A model generated the notes under the pieces. It ran no database searches. It was not told the origin of the DNA and was given only the letters and a program-made list of their open reading frames with translations. Made by a program: the position numbers and the translations under genes. Positions 28,372 to 38,974 of a stretch of 64,000 nt of DNA are shown one piece after another. The stretch is from Candidatus Moranbacteria bacterium GW2011_GWF2_35_54 (GTDB lineage Bacteria > Patescibacteriota > Minisyncoccia > Moranbacterales > UBA9337): NCBI GenBank assembly GCA_000990945.1, contig LBQR01000003.1, positions 11,089 through 75,088 of the forward strand, given 5' to 3'. The stretch's first letter is position 1. Each line of letters starts with the position of its first letter.

Positions 28372-28683
28372 CTATTGCAAAGAATTAAAAAAGTTATACA
28401 AAACTGAAAGAAAAACTATATTCTGGAGCATCAAAAGCGGAATCCCTAAAATAAAATGCCATTTTCTGTTTTTATGATGAAAAACAAACATCCCCAGATA
28501 AACCCCGGCGCTCCCAAAAGCCGCAGCCATAAAAAATAAAATTCCCTCTGAAATTCTTTCCGCTTTAGCCTTGCCTTTTCTTGATTTAACTTTGTCCAAC
28601 ATCATTGCCAGAAAAGCTCCTATATTTATAATCAAATATACTATTGCCACCATTAAAAAATTTATATCCATATTTTTTACCAT
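28372..28683 (-). CDS. DUF1294 family membrane protein
   Basis: DKVKS...RISEG..FG..GVYLGMFVFHHK..KWHF. Confidence 0.88.
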   Translation of the reverse strand: MVKNMDINFLMVAIVYLIINIGAFLAMMLDKVKSRKGKAKAERISEGILFFMAAAFGSAGVYLGMFVFHHKNRKWHFILGIPLLMLQNIVFLSVLYNFFNSLQ

Positions 28684-28808
28684 TTAATTGCTTAACTTTA
28701 CTAATCTACTCCAAATTTAAATAAAATCAAGCTATGTATTTAAAAAAAGAAATTCCACATCAAGATGGGATTTCTTTTTATTATAAGGCAGATACCTTTA
28801 CCTAAGTA

Positions 28809-29621
28809 CTACTGATAATTTTGGAATTGCCTGCTGGGCAAATATTTCTTTATAAAGTTATCCGAGTCAAAAACATTAGCCTCTGCCTTGATATCCACAT
28901 TGGCTACATTTTCGCTGAATTTATAAGGCCAAATCAACTTAAAGTCTCTTTCCTCTTGGGATTTAATCGTTCTCATTTCACTCTTGCCCAAAGCGACCGG
29001 CTTTCCGTTTGCATCTCTCAAAATCATCACCAACTCGATAAAATTAAAATCAAAATTGCTCTCATTTCTCAAGAGTCCGGTTACTATGTTTTTTTCAAAC
29101 TCTTCGTAATAATTTTTTTGATATATGCTTAACTTCGGCTCTGCATATTCCAAAAATTCCTCCCATTGGACATCTTGTATTTCAAAATTCAATCGGTATG
29201 GATTAATGGAAGAATGCAAATTGAGCTCCACAATATATTTGCTTTCATCCGGTAAAACAAAACTGGTTCCTGCTCTCTTTTCTAAGACATTGCCCGCCTG
29301 ATCCAGCAATTGGAACTCATAATTAAATTTAACGGCTCCATATTTGTTGTTAACATTAGTAATGGCCGCCATTACGTCAAACTGATTTTTGTTGCCATAC
29401 ACAAAATACTTTTCATCTATCCTTATGTCTTGAGCCCGAATCTCTTCTTTGCAAGGCGCACAAACCCCACCGCAATCAATCCCGTTTTCTGATTGATTTT
29501 TTTTGCCATCCGTACAAGTTGCCGCTGGCTCAAAAATATAATAAATCAAAGCTCCCAAAACTCCAAAAAATACTATATACGCACAAATCACAATTAATCT
29601 TTTTGTCTTCCTATTCGTCAT
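28809..29621 (-). CDS. Membrane-anchored hypothetical protein with a Cys-rich motif and Ig-like domains
   Basis: TM helix, then CTDGKKNQSENGIDCGGVCAPC. Confidence 0.75.
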   Translation of the reverse strand: MTNRKTKRLIVICAYIVFFGVLGALIYYIFEPAATCTDGKKNQSENGIDCGGVCAPCKEEIRAQDIRIDEKYFVYGNKNQFDVMAAITNVNNKYGAVKFNYEFQLLDQAGNVLEKRAGTSFVLPDESKYIVELNLHSSINPYRLNFEIQDVQWEEFLEYAEPKLSIYQKNYYEEFEKNIVTGLLRNESNFDFNFIELVMILRDANGKPVALGKSEMRTIKSQEERDFKLIWPYKFSENVANVDIKAEANVFDSDNFIKKYLPSRQFQNYQ

Positions 29622-29698
29622 TTTAATTTAATGCTTTAAAACTTATTTTCACAAATTTATTATACCGCTAAAAACAATAACTGCCAATGCGGGACATT

Positions 29699-29912
29699 TT
29701 AGCACGTTAGCAAAATCATGTTAGCATATTAACATTAAAACATAAGAACAATGTAATAATTAAGTTAAAAGTCACCAAAGTAAAGATTTATGATTTATGA
29801 AAAAATATTTATTATTCTCAAATTCTCAAATTCCTAAACTCGTCAATGGGTCAATATTTTAACAAATAAAAAAATATTATTGTGCTAATATGTTGATATG
29901 CTAATATGCTAA
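29699..29912. repeat. Intergenic patchwork bounded by inverted octamer arrays
   Basis: ttagcacgttagca...ttagcatattaacat on the left; gtgctaatatgttgatatgctaatatgctaa on the right; other short arrays inside. Confidence 0.75.
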
Positions 29913-29983
29913 AATGATTTAATTTGCTTTATCTCTTCTATTAATCTAAGCTAGAAGTAAATAATATTTAAGCTGAAAAATTT

Positions 29984-30757
29984 ATGCCTCGTTATCTAGG
30001 ACAACACTTTTTAAACAACCCGGCTATCGTAACTCAGATAGTTGATTCTTCTCAAATAAAAAAAGATGAAACCATTTTGGAGATTGGTCCCGGAGAAGGA
30101 ATCTTGACTGAAAGACTTTGCCAAGAAGCCCGGCGAGTTATCGCTGTTGAACTTGATACTAAATTAAAAACTATTTTAGAAAACAAATTTAGCCAACAGA
30201 AAAATATAGATTTAATATTTGAAGATATCTTAAAAATAAATTTACCCCAATTGTTAAATGAAAGAAAAATTGACAAGTATAAAATAATAGCCAATATTCC
30301 TTATTACATAACTTCCAAAATCATTCGATTATTTCTAGAGACTGCCCGTCAACCTGATGAATTAATTTTGATGGTTCAAAAAGAAGTCGCCCAGAGGATC
30401 GTGGCCCCCAAAGGGAAAATGAGTATCCTTTCAACTTCCGTCCAATATTACGCTCAAGCTGAAATTTTGTTTGATGTCACCAAGGATAATTTTAACCCTC
30501 CTCCTAAAGTAGATAGTAGCGTCATAAAAATATCCAATATTAAAAAAAGCGACGCCCTGGCAGATAAGCAATTTTTTAAAGTAGTGCGCGCAGGATTTTG
30601 CGCCCGCAGAAAAACTTTAATCAATAACCTATCTAACAGTTTTCATCTTGATAAAAAAGAAATAGAAAAGATTATTCTTCAAATTAATTTAACTCCCAAT
30701 ACTAGAGCGCAGGAGCTTTCTATCGATGATTGGAAAAAACTAGCCACCTTGTTTTAG
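29984..30757 (+). CDS. rsmA: 16S rRNA adenine dimethyltransferase KsgA/RsmA
   Basis: LGQHFL, EIGPGEG, ANIPYYIT, MVQKEVA, FNPPPKVDS. Confidence 0.95.
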   Translation: MPRYLGQHFLNNPAIVTQIVDSSQIKKDETILEIGPGEGILTERLCQEARRVIAVELDTKLKTILENKFSQQKNIDLIFEDILKINLPQLLNERKIDKYKIIANIPYYITSKIIRLFLETARQPDELILMVQKEVAQRIVAPKGKMSILSTSVQYYAQAEILFDVTKDNFNPPPKVDSSVIKISNIKKSDALADKQFFKVVRAGFCARRKTLINNLSNSFHLDKKEIEKIILQINLTPNTRAQELSIDDWKKLATLF

Positions 30758-30761
30758 GTTT

Positions 30762-30839
30762 CCCCTCTCCCCCTCCTTGAGGGGGAGATGCCGACCCGCT
30801 TCGCAGTAACTTTAGCGAGGCGAGTAGGCAGAGGGGGTG
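30762..30839 (+). repeat. Family A copy with a nested 30-bp family F element (30795-30824)
   Basis: Removing cccgcttcgcagtaactttagcgaggcgag restores gatgccga|taggcagagggggtg as in copy 1. Confidence 0.9.
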
Positions 30840-30958
30840 GAGAATGAAATATTGAAAGTTTGTAAAATATGTGAAGCAAGTTACCTCCGAAAAACATACT
30901 CCTTAGGGCAGACAGGCTCTCCCAAGGGGCGAGGGGATAAGAAAAAATCCAATTTACT

Positions 30959-32572
30959 TTAAAAAACAACCAACTTTATCAAAACAGCCAGATAAATAAT
31001 GACCAGACCCATGACCCACCAGATTAAGTTGCGGTTACTTATCTTTTTATTTTCTCCGCTAGAAGTCACCACCCAAAAAGACAACCCTCCGACAATAATC
31101 GCCCACAATAATAATCGAGACTCGTTTAGCAGAATCACACTTAAAAAATAAGATAAAAATATTCCGCTACCAATGATAATTTTTCCCCAATATTCGCCAA
31201 AGACTACCGGGATAGTTGCCACTCCGTCCAATTTATCCCCTTTAATATCCTTTAGATCCTTGATGGGCAAGGCTAACGTTAAAGAAAATAACATTAACCA
31301 AAAAATTCTTTTGGGAAATTCTATTATATCTTGAGAAAAAGTAACCAGAATAAAGCCCGCAAAAATTACCAAAAGCGAGGCCAACGCGCTGATAAAAGTT
31401 GATAGGAAAGTAAATCTTTTCAATCTAAGCGGCCAAGCAGAATAAAGCCAAGCTAGCATTTGATAAGCCAGAAGCAGTAAGGCTATCTTGGGGTTTATCA
31501 AAGCTGCATATAAAATAGAAAAAGCAAAAAGCACTACTCCGATTGTTATGTATTCATCCTGCCTAAAATCCCCCACTATCAAAGGACGCTTATCATTAGT
31601 AACTTTGTCTATTTTTTTATCAAAAATATCATTGAAAACCACCGAAGCCAGCCACGCCAGAGAGATTGCGATAACTATATTCAAAAAACTGATAAAATTA
31701 AAAAAACTAAAATCCCAATTAATTTCAGTTAAAGAAATTCCCAACCCCATTCCCACAAATAACAATCCTGCATGATAAATTAATTGGACGGGACGAGAGT
31801 TTTTCAAAAAAGATATGAACTTATCTTTATAATAAAAAAATAATCCCAAAATAATCAATCCTGCCAACAAAACTGCATAAACGAGAGAGATTTTAATGCT
31901 CAGTGCGTTAGTATAATTTCCTGTTTCTCGAGAGAACAATCTGGCAGAAGTAAAAAATAATTGCACAATGTCCATATCTTTCACCTGCATAAAGCCCTTA
32001 GAAAAACCTTTCACCGCTATAGTTGCCCACGAAGGAGATGTCCCCAGCACAAATAAAATTATATAAGTTTGCAATGCTAAAAATAAACCCCTTATTTTAC
32101 TTTTTGTTTTCAAATATCCGTAAATGCCCAAAGCTATCACTGCCATTGCGATTTCAAATCTGACTCCGTAAGTTACTCCAAAGTCAGGGCTATCTCCAAA
32201 AAAAGTAAAAAATCTTCGAGGCATCTCTGCTAAACTGTAAACGCCATAAAAACTTAAATACAATTTATCTTTAAATAAGATAAAATCAATCAAAGGAGGA
32301 AATATAATAATCAAATATCCCCAAATTAATACATTGGAAGCTATTTTTATCTTAATTTTCAAATTTTTAATAAGCAGACCCAAAAGTATCAGATAGGTCA
32401 AAAGAAAAAAGAAAAAAGTATAAGCAACATGGTGAAAAAAATAATTTCCTGTTCTACTTACCATTCCATCAATCCGAGCCGTAATAATACCCAAAAAAGT
32501 ACAGAGCCAAATATAAAAAGAAGTAGGAGAATTTTCTATTTTTTTAATTAAATCTTTTAGAGATAAAACCAT
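30959..32572 (-). CDS. UbiA-family prenyltransferase with an extra N-terminal membrane region
   Basis: NDIFDKKIDKVTNDKRP, YSAWPLRLKR, KDLKDIKGD...TIP. Confidence 0.88.
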   Translation of the reverse strand: MVLSLKDLIKKIENSPTSFYIWLCTFLGIITARIDGMVSRTGNYFFHHVAYTFFFFLLTYLILLGLLIKNLKIKIKIASNVLIWGYLIIIFPPLIDFILFKDKLYLSFYGVYSLAEMPRRFFTFFGDSPDFGVTYGVRFEIAMAVIALGIYGYLKTKSKIRGLFLALQTYIILFVLGTSPSWATIAVKGFSKGFMQVKDMDIVQLFFTSARLFSRETGNYTNALSIKISLVYAVLLAGLIILGLFFYYKDKFISFLKNSRPVQLIYHAGLLFVGMGLGISLTEINWDFSFFNFISFLNIVIAISLAWLASVVFNDIFDKKIDKVTNDKRPLIVGDFRQDEYITIGVVLFAFSILYAALINPKIALLLLAYQMLAWLYSAWPLRLKRFTFLSTFISALASLLVIFAGFILVTFSQDIIEFPKRIFWLMLFSLTLALPIKDLKDIKGDKLDGVATIPVVFGEYWGKIIIGSGIFLSYFLSVILLNESRLLLWAIIVGGLSFWVVTSSGENKKISNRNLIWWVMGLVIIYLAVLIKLVVF

Positions 32573-32585
32573 AAACGTAAGGCAT

Positions 32586-32790
32586 GCAACATATTAACAT
32601 TTTAACATGTTAACAAGCAAATAACTTAACACTGAAACAAATTATTATTCGTCAACAGTCATTGAATCATCGAGTCATGAAACATGAAAACAATATAACA
32701 ATTTAGCAATATACCAATTTGATATTATTCGTATATCCGTATTTAATTAGTAATTAGTAAAGATTTCGTAATTTCGTAAAATTCGCCCGC
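32586..32790. repeat. Patchwork of different 7-8-mer tandem arrays
   Basis: aacatatt/aacatttt/aacatgtt; aacaatat/agcaatat; aattagt x2; atttcgta x2. Confidence 0.65.
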
Positions 32791-32949
32791 CACGTGATAA
32801 AAAATTTATTTTTTATTTTACGTGGTATTTCGTAGGGGCATAAAAAGGATACCATTAAAAGCATTGCCAAATCAAGTATTTTTATGCTATAATTTTTTTA
32901 GAAGATTTTATGCCGTTACAGAATTTAAAATAAAAAAATAAACAGAATT

Positions 32950-33957
32950 ATGTATTTAGTAGAAGTAAAAAAAATAAAAGCAACTTTATTGATTTTTTTC
33001 TTGCTCTTGTTTTTTGGATATTCTCTCTCTATTATTGCCCAAGAAAATTCTAATGGTAATAATGTTTTTTCTGATGCTGATCAAGATGGACTTAGCGACA
33101 CAGACGAATCAAGGTATGGCACAGATCCAAAAAATTCTGATTCTGATAGTGACGGATACCAAGACGGTGCAGAGATCAAGAGCGGATATGATCCGCTTAA
33201 ACCGGCCCCTGGAGATAAAATTAATGCCCCCAAGGCTAAAACCAATTACAATAACATAAATATAGACACCAAATCTCCTGAATCTGGGAACTTAACTGAT
33301 GAATTTTCCGCCAGAATTGCTGAGATGGTCGAAAGCGGCGGAGAAGGCGGAGTGGATATGGGTAGTATAAATAGCTTGATAGAAGAAAAGCTTGCAGGGG
33401 ACATCTCTTTTGAAGATTTGCCCGAAATAGATGAATCCAAGATAAAAATGAAAAAACAAAACTATTCCGGTTATGGCAAAGAAAAGCAAGCTCGCAAGAA
33501 CAAAGAAGATGATGAAGAATACCTATCTTCTATTTTCTATATAATGACCAATAATTTACCTCATTCCATCGATTCCAAAGAATCCATAGAAGGATTTTCC
33601 GATGAAATAATGAAGATGATTCCTTCGGTTGTCTCTCCTACTGGCAACATTGGGGTCGATTATTTCACAGACTTAGCCGACAAAGGTGCTGTAATATTGG
33701 AAAAATTAAATGATTTAGAGGTTCCGGCCGATATGCTAGATATTCACAAAAAAGGTTTACGATTGGCCACCTATGCCATATCCCTTAAGGAAAAAGTGAA
33801 AGTCGACGTCGGTGATCCTATCGCATCTTTAGTTAGCTTTTCTGAAGTTGAAAAAATCATGGTTCTTGCTAATGATTATATAAGCGAAACGGAAGCGAAA
33901 CTAAAAGAATTAGATTTAACTAATTTTGTTATGGAAAAGGCTGGGCCAATATTATGA
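32950..33957 (+). CDS. Exported protein with bacterial TSP3-like Ca-binding repeats
   Basis: DADQDGLSDTDE..YGTDP..SDSDSDGYQDGAE. Confidence 0.8.
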   Translation: MYLVEVKKIKATLLIFFLLLFFGYSLSIIAQENSNGNNVFSDADQDGLSDTDESRYGTDPKNSDSDSDGYQDGAEIKSGYDPLKPAPGDKINAPKAKTNYNNINIDTKSPESGNLTDEFSARIAEMVESGGEGGVDMGSINSLIEEKLAGDISFEDLPEIDESKIKMKKQNYSGYGKEKQARKNKEDDEEYLSSIFYIMTNNLPHSIDSKESIEGFSDEIMKMIPSVVSPTGNIGVDYFTDLADKGAVILEKLNDLEVPADMLDIHKKGLRLATYAISLKEKVKVDVGDPIASLVSFSEVEKIMVLANDYISETEAKLKELDLTNFVMEKAGPIL

Positions 33958-34814
33958 GTAAAAAAATTATATTTAGCGCAATTATCTTAATATTTATAAC
34001 TTCTGCCACACCTACACATAGGGCCAGTGCCGTTGTGGCATGGCCAGATCTCGGCAATGCCTTTTTTAGGACTATGCTGGATGGAATGTGGGAGCAAATC
34101 AAAGCTGCTATCATTGGCGCTCTCAAAAAAGCTGCCATTGAAACAATCAGTGATACTGTCAACAATTTAATTTCCGGAACTTCACAAGCGGCTTCACTTT
34201 TCATTACTGACTGGGAAGACTATCTATTCAATAGCCCCACTGGATCTACAAACAGTTACATAAATGACTTTTTTACAGTTACTACTAGAGGGAAATCATC
34301 CGGATCATACAGCTCAGGAGCTTGCAAAGGATCTTACAGCGAATGGCGCTCAGCTAGAGCCAAGGATTATGTCGTTACTATCGACTATACTTCTTTGCAA
34401 GATACCTTTGAAGAATGGGCCTGCGGACCGGTTGAAATGTTTAACGATGGAACCTGGGCGGCCTACAACGCTTTTATGGAGCCCAAAAATAATCCCCTCG
34501 CCTATGCGCTCATAACGGAAAGTGTGTATGAGAAAAAGCTAGCTCAAGAAAAAGAAAAAGCCGCTCTTCAAGCTCAGTCTTACGCAGGATTTACCGCCCA
34601 AAAAACCAAAGAAGGGGTTGTGATTACTCCGGGCTCAGTTCTTGAAGGCATCACCGTAGCCGCCAACACCATGGATAATGATGCTATTGCTAATGCCAGA
34701 AATGCCGGAGAAATTGCCGGCATAGTGGTAGGAAAAATCGCTACTGGTATTATAAAAAATGGTATCGGAAAAGCTCGCCAAAATGTTCAAAACAAAATTA
34801 ACGATAGGCTTTAA
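33954..34814 (+). CDS. Secreted hypothetical protein; true end may be near 34909 after a frameshift
   Basis: Signal peptide; another frame continues (LKGLTPSGHLLQGGGS...QCNLK) up to the terminator near 34932-34966. Confidence 0.7.
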   Translation: MSKKIIFSAIILIFITSATPTHRASAVVAWPDLGNAFFRTMLDGMWEQIKAAIIGALKKAAIETISDTVNNLISGTSQAASLFITDWEDYLFNSPTGSTNSYINDFFTVTTRGKSSGSYSSGACKGSYSEWRSARAKDYVVTIDYTSLQDTFEEWACGPVEMFNDGTWAAYNAFMEPKNNPLAYALITESVYEKKLAQEKEKAALQAQSYAGFTAQKTKEGVVITPGSVLEGITVAANTMDNDAIANARNAGEIAGIVVGKIATGIIKNGIGKARQNVQNKINDRL

Positions 34815-34997
34815 AGGGTCTTACTCCCAGCGGACATCTTTTGCAAGGAGGAGGATCAAATCTCGGCACTATGGGCCGCTCCAGCGCCAGCCAATGTAAC
34901 TTAAAATAAATTTTACGCTTAATCCTCAACCAAAAAACCATCCTCTGTTTGAAAGGATGGTTTTTTGATTTCTGCAAAATATATATTTGCATCATTA

Positions 34998-35996
34998 TTA
35001 ATGAGTGATTGATTCAGGCGCTCTATCGTTGGGCAAAACTACTACCAATTCCTCTTCTAAGTTTTTAACATCCCTGCTTTCCCTTCCTATCTCATGAAAG
35101 AATAATATCCAAACAGCTTCAAAAAAAACATTCAAAATTGCCCTGGCTAAAGTTACTAAGGCGACAAATATTATGACAGCGGATATGCCCAGGACAATTA
35201 AAGCAAATTCCCCTGCTATCTTATAAGCGATAATGCCTATTATCCATCCTGGGATAGCTACTCCTATTAAGATGAAAATGATGATGATGCCGATAACCAA
35301 ATTAACAGCTCCCGAAACTATTCCCATTATAAGACTTTCTTTTATATTTTTTTCAAATAATCCATAAGCTAATTTTATTGAATTCTTGATACCCAAATCA
35401 CTACCGACTAAATACATCTGCGCATATGTTCTAAAATAAGAGAATAGAATGGCAATTGAAACCAAAAGTAAAAAAGCAACCAAACCCAGCAAAATAGCGG
35501 CCCCATAACTCTTCAAAATAGCCAGTCTCACTACCGGGAAAGCTAGGATAAAAAGCAAGATGAGAAAAGATATTGAAAAAAATAACTTTATCAAAAATAA
35601 CCTGCCCAAAAAATATATTCCTTTTTTAAATCCTGAAGAAAAAGAAAAATTCTCTTTTTTAATCACCTTAAAAATAGAGTCAATCAGCGCTCCTCGCCCA
35701 ATCAATCCCACTACATAGAGAATGATTGCGATAAGAATGACTATCGCTATCGCTAGGATTATCCACCCGCTGTACAGCTCCCAATAATAGAAGATTCTCC
35801 TCATCATATTCATATATTCCATTTCATCAAATTTAATATCGGAAGAATTATTTGGAAAAGTATAATTAAAAGAGAAACATGATCCGCTAAAAATAGTCAG
35901 CAGTCCAAACCACCATAAAATTTTATTATGTATGGTTATGTTTGTAGCTTCTTTGATAATGGTAAAGTAATTAATTTTTTTATTAGTTTTCTTCAT
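34998..35996 (-). CDS. Multi-pass membrane hypothetical protein
   Basis: About 6-7 TM helices; LWWFGLL motif. Confidence 0.75.
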   Translation of the reverse strand: MKKTNKKINYFTIIKEATNITIHNKILWWFGLLTIFSGSCFSFNYTFPNNSSDIKFDEMEYMNMMRRIFYYWELYSGWIILAIAIVILIAIILYVVGLIGRGALIDSIFKVIKKENFSFSSGFKKGIYFLGRLFLIKLFFSISFLILLFILAFPVVRLAILKSYGAAILLGLVAFLLLVSIAILFSYFRTYAQMYLVGSDLGIKNSIKLAYGLFEKNIKESLIMGIVSGAVNLVIGIIIIFILIGVAIPGWIIGIIAYKIAGEFALIVLGISAVIIFVALVTLARAILNVFFEAVWILFFHEIGRESRDVKNLEEELVVVLPNDRAPESITH

Positions 35997-36085
35997 TTGT
36001 TATTATATTTAATTAATGAATTTATTTATGCAATTAGATTAATATTTGGGTCATTAGAGTGCTTATTTGTAAATTCGAGTCGCTA

Positions 36086-36745
36086 TTAAAACTTATTATA
36101 ATAATATTTAACATCCGCAATCCATTTATCTACGCTTTCCGGATTGTGAGCATCACAGCTATAGCCGCATTTCCAGACCACCATTTCTTCAGGAGTATTA
36201 ATTCCGTTATCAATTAATTCTTTTATCCTGTCGGCCACAGATTTTACCGCATCTCTTTGATTGTCAAAACAAGTATGGCCCCCGCTTCCCATTCTTTCTC
36301 TTTTCTGGCGGAATCCCCAAAAATTATTACATTCTTCTCCGTTTCGCTTAGGAGTTCTTTTACCCCAATTACTTTCTTTCTTGGCAATTGCTACTATAAA
36401 AGCCGCTGTTTGCTCATCCTCTTGCGCAATGTACCGCGTCATGTTTTCAATTGGAAATCCAGCTGTGGCTTTTCTGATTCTATTTTCTAATTCAATATTT
36501 CTTTTTACTAAATTAACCTGCATTGTTTTCGCAGGCTGATATTTAATGTTATCTATTGATTCGAGAGAAAAATAAGTAAAAACAGATAAAAAAGACACTA
36601 AAATGACCAATAAAAAGTTTTTTAAATAACTTCCGTCAATATTAGATATATCTCCTAGCTTTTTATTACAAAAAACCAACCAATTTTCTGGTCCATTAAT
36701 CATTTCTCTCTTTATTTTATTGTATTTTTGTCTTATTTTGTCCAT
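36086..36745 (-). CDS. Membrane-anchored lysozyme/glucosaminidase-like protein
   Basis: AIAKKESNWGK...CNNFWG. Confidence 0.7.
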   Translation of the reverse strand: MDKIRQKYNKIKREMINGPENWLVFCNKKLGDISNIDGSYLKNFLLVILVSFLSVFTYFSLESIDNIKYQPAKTMQVNLVKRNIELENRIRKATAGFPIENMTRYIAQEDEQTAAFIVAIAKKESNWGKRTPKRNGEECNNFWGFRQKRERMGSGGHTCFDNQRDAVKSVADRIKELIDNGINTPEEMVVWKCGYSCDAHNPESVDKWIADVKYYYNKF

Positions 36746-36981
36746 AATTGGGCTTAAAATATAAAAAACGGGAATCTACACCCGTTTATTTACCTATAAT
36801 CATTATACACTATTTCAAGCCAAAAAGCAAGCTACCGTTTTTTCTGTCTTTTTTCTGTCTTTTCTTTATTTCTTTAACATTGGACCTGCTCGCAGTACAG
36901 AGAGACTCATATTTCCCGAATTCTCCCAACCATGCTACAATGCTAATATGCTGAAATGTTAATATGTTAACGTGAATAACT

Positions 36982-38676
36982 ATGTCTTCCAATACTCTTT
37001 ATCGCAAATATCGACCCTCTCAATTCAATGACGTTGTCGGTCAACAGCATATCGTCCGCACACTTTCTAATGCCATTGAGAACAATCGTGCTGGACAAGC
37101 TTACCTTTTTACCGGTCCCAGAGGAACCGGAAAAACTACATTTGCTAGAGTCTTTGCCAAAACAGTTAATTGCACTGCCCCAATAAAAAAATCCAAAGAT
37201 CACTTTTTAGCTCCTTGCCTCAAATGTGAAAATTGCCAACAATTTGAAAACAATACTTCCGCCGACATCATAGAAATCGATGCTGCCTCTAATACTGGCG
37301 TGGACAATATCCGCGAACTGCGAGAAACTGCCAAGCTTTCTCCTTTTAAAGGAAAATATAAAATTTACATTATCGATGAAGTCCATATGCTTTCTTCAGG
37401 AGCTTTCAATGCTCTTCTAAAAATTTTAGAAGAGCCACCTGCTCATATTATTTTTATCCTCGCCACGACCGAAATCCACAAAGTTCCCGAAACTATAATT
37501 TCTCGTTGTCAAAGATTTGATTTTTCCAAATTTGACATTGAGGAAATTATCGGTAAACTTTCTGCCATCGTCAAAAAAGAAAAAATAACTATCGAAGAAC
37601 CTGCTCTTGAATTAATTGCTATCAGCGCTGAAGGCGGGATGCGCGACGCTGAGTCTCTGCTAGAGCAAATTATAACTCTGGAAAAAAATAAAATTACCAG
37701 CGAGAAAGTTGCCGATATCCTAGGAATCAGTAGTAACCAATCTGTAGAAGAATTGACTGCGCTTGTTTTTGATAAAAAAACTGCTCAAGCGCTTTTACTT
37801 ATCAATAAAATTTATAAAGATGGTTACAATCTGGAGTTTCTCGCCAAAAGCTGGCTAGAATATCTGCGCAAAATAATGCTTTTAAATATTGATGCTAGTC
37901 TGGATAAAAAAATATTTTCCAAAATGACAAAAGAGCAAAAAGAAAGTATTAAACTTATCTCTCAAAAAACTTCTCTTAATTTTATCATTCTTTGCGTCGA
38001 TAAGATTGCAGAAAATATTCCTAAAATTAAAGAATCTTTCATTCCTCAACTTCCACTTGAATCAATGATTGTGGAATTAACCAAATCTGATTTTGCTGAC
38101 GCTCCTTTGATAAAGACTTCCACTCCGCCTCCAACTCCGCCCAAAGAAGTTGTCGAAAATAAAGTTATCCCTGCCGAAAAGAACGATGCGCTTGCTGATC
38201 CAGCCAAAAAAACTCCTATCCAGCCACCCGTTGCCGAAGTTATTGTTGATCAAATCCCTCTTAAGAATGCTCCAATTGAAACCCCCCTATCCACTGGAGA
38301 AAAAATAAATGTTTATGAAATTGAAAAAAAGTGGAAAGAAATAGTAGATGAACTTCGTGATAAAAATTGTTCGCTAGCTATGATGCTTTCTAACTCTGTA
38401 CCAATCGAAAGTTCTAAATCTGATACGATTCACATTGTTATTCGCCACTCCTTCCAAAAAGATTTAATTAACAAAGCAGAAAATAGGTTGACAATTGGTG
38501 AAATTTCTAATAAAATCACAGGGTTGGTGTTTAAAGTAGTGGCGGTTAGCGAAGAAGAGTCGCCCGACATAAATCCGGACATGGTGGACGGAGCATGCGG
38601 GACAAACGGCAACTCGCAAGAATCATTACTCTCTGACGCTATGAGTCTAATGGGCGCCACGGTAATAACCGAATAA
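36982..38676 (+). CDS. dnaX: DNA polymerase III subunit gamma/tau
   Basis: LYRKYRP, GPRGTGKTT, IDAASN, DEVHML, SRCQ. Confidence 0.97.
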   Translation: MSSNTLYRKYRPSQFNDVVGQQHIVRTLSNAIENNRAGQAYLFTGPRGTGKTTFARVFAKTVNCTAPIKKSKDHFLAPCLKCENCQQFENNTSADIIEIDAASNTGVDNIRELRETAKLSPFKGKYKIYIIDEVHMLSSGAFNALLKILEEPPAHIIFILATTEIHKVPETIISRCQRFDFSKFDIEEIIGKLSAIVKKEKITIEEPALELIAISAEGGMRDAESLLEQIITLEKNKITSEKVADILGISSNQSVEELTALVFDKKTAQALLLINKIYKDGYNLEFLAKSWLEYLRKIMLLNIDASLDKKIFSKMTKEQKESIKLISQKTSLNFIILCVDKIAENIPKIKESFIPQLPLESMIVELTKSDFADAPLIKTSTPPPTPPKEVVENKVIPAEKNDALADPAKKTPIQPPVAEVIVDQIPLKNAPIETPLSTGEKINVYEIEKKWKEIVDELRDKNCSLAMMLSNSVPIESSKSDTIHIVIRHSFQKDLINKAENRLTIGEISNKITGLVFKVVAVSEEESPDINPDMVDGACGTNGNSQESLLSDAMSLMGATVITE

Positions 38677-38750
38677 ATAATCATGGAGCAATAATCATAG
38701 AACATAAAACATTTCTGTTATGTGTTATATGCTATGTGATTTGTGAAAAT

Positions 38751-38822
38751 TGGGGATTAGCCAAGCGGTAAGGCAACGGGTTTTGATCCCGTCATGCGGG
38801 GGTTCGAATCCCTCATCCCCAA
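38751..38822 (+). tRNA. tRNA-Gln (anticodon TTG), CCA not encoded
   Basis: Acceptor tggggat/atcccca, anticodon arm acggg-ttTTGat-cccgt, T loop ttcgaat. Confidence 0.95.
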
Positions 38823-38974
38823 CAAATTAAATTTAAAAGCACCCCTGGTGCTTTTTAAATTCTTGAACTCAAATAAATTTGACTTCTTATCTTATTTATA
38901 TTACATTTATATGTTCTTTGGAAAATCAATGGAAGCCATTCAATTAAGATAAACCTCTAAAAAAAGGTGCCAAA

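Noticed and set aside
30754-30969. 71-aa minus-strand ORF
   Set aside because: Made of family A/F repeat sequence between convergent genes.
36982-38676. Programmed frameshift in dnaX
   Set aside because: A-runs occur (e.g. near 38323-38331), but in AT-rich DNA and without a clear stimulatory hairpin they cannot be supported.
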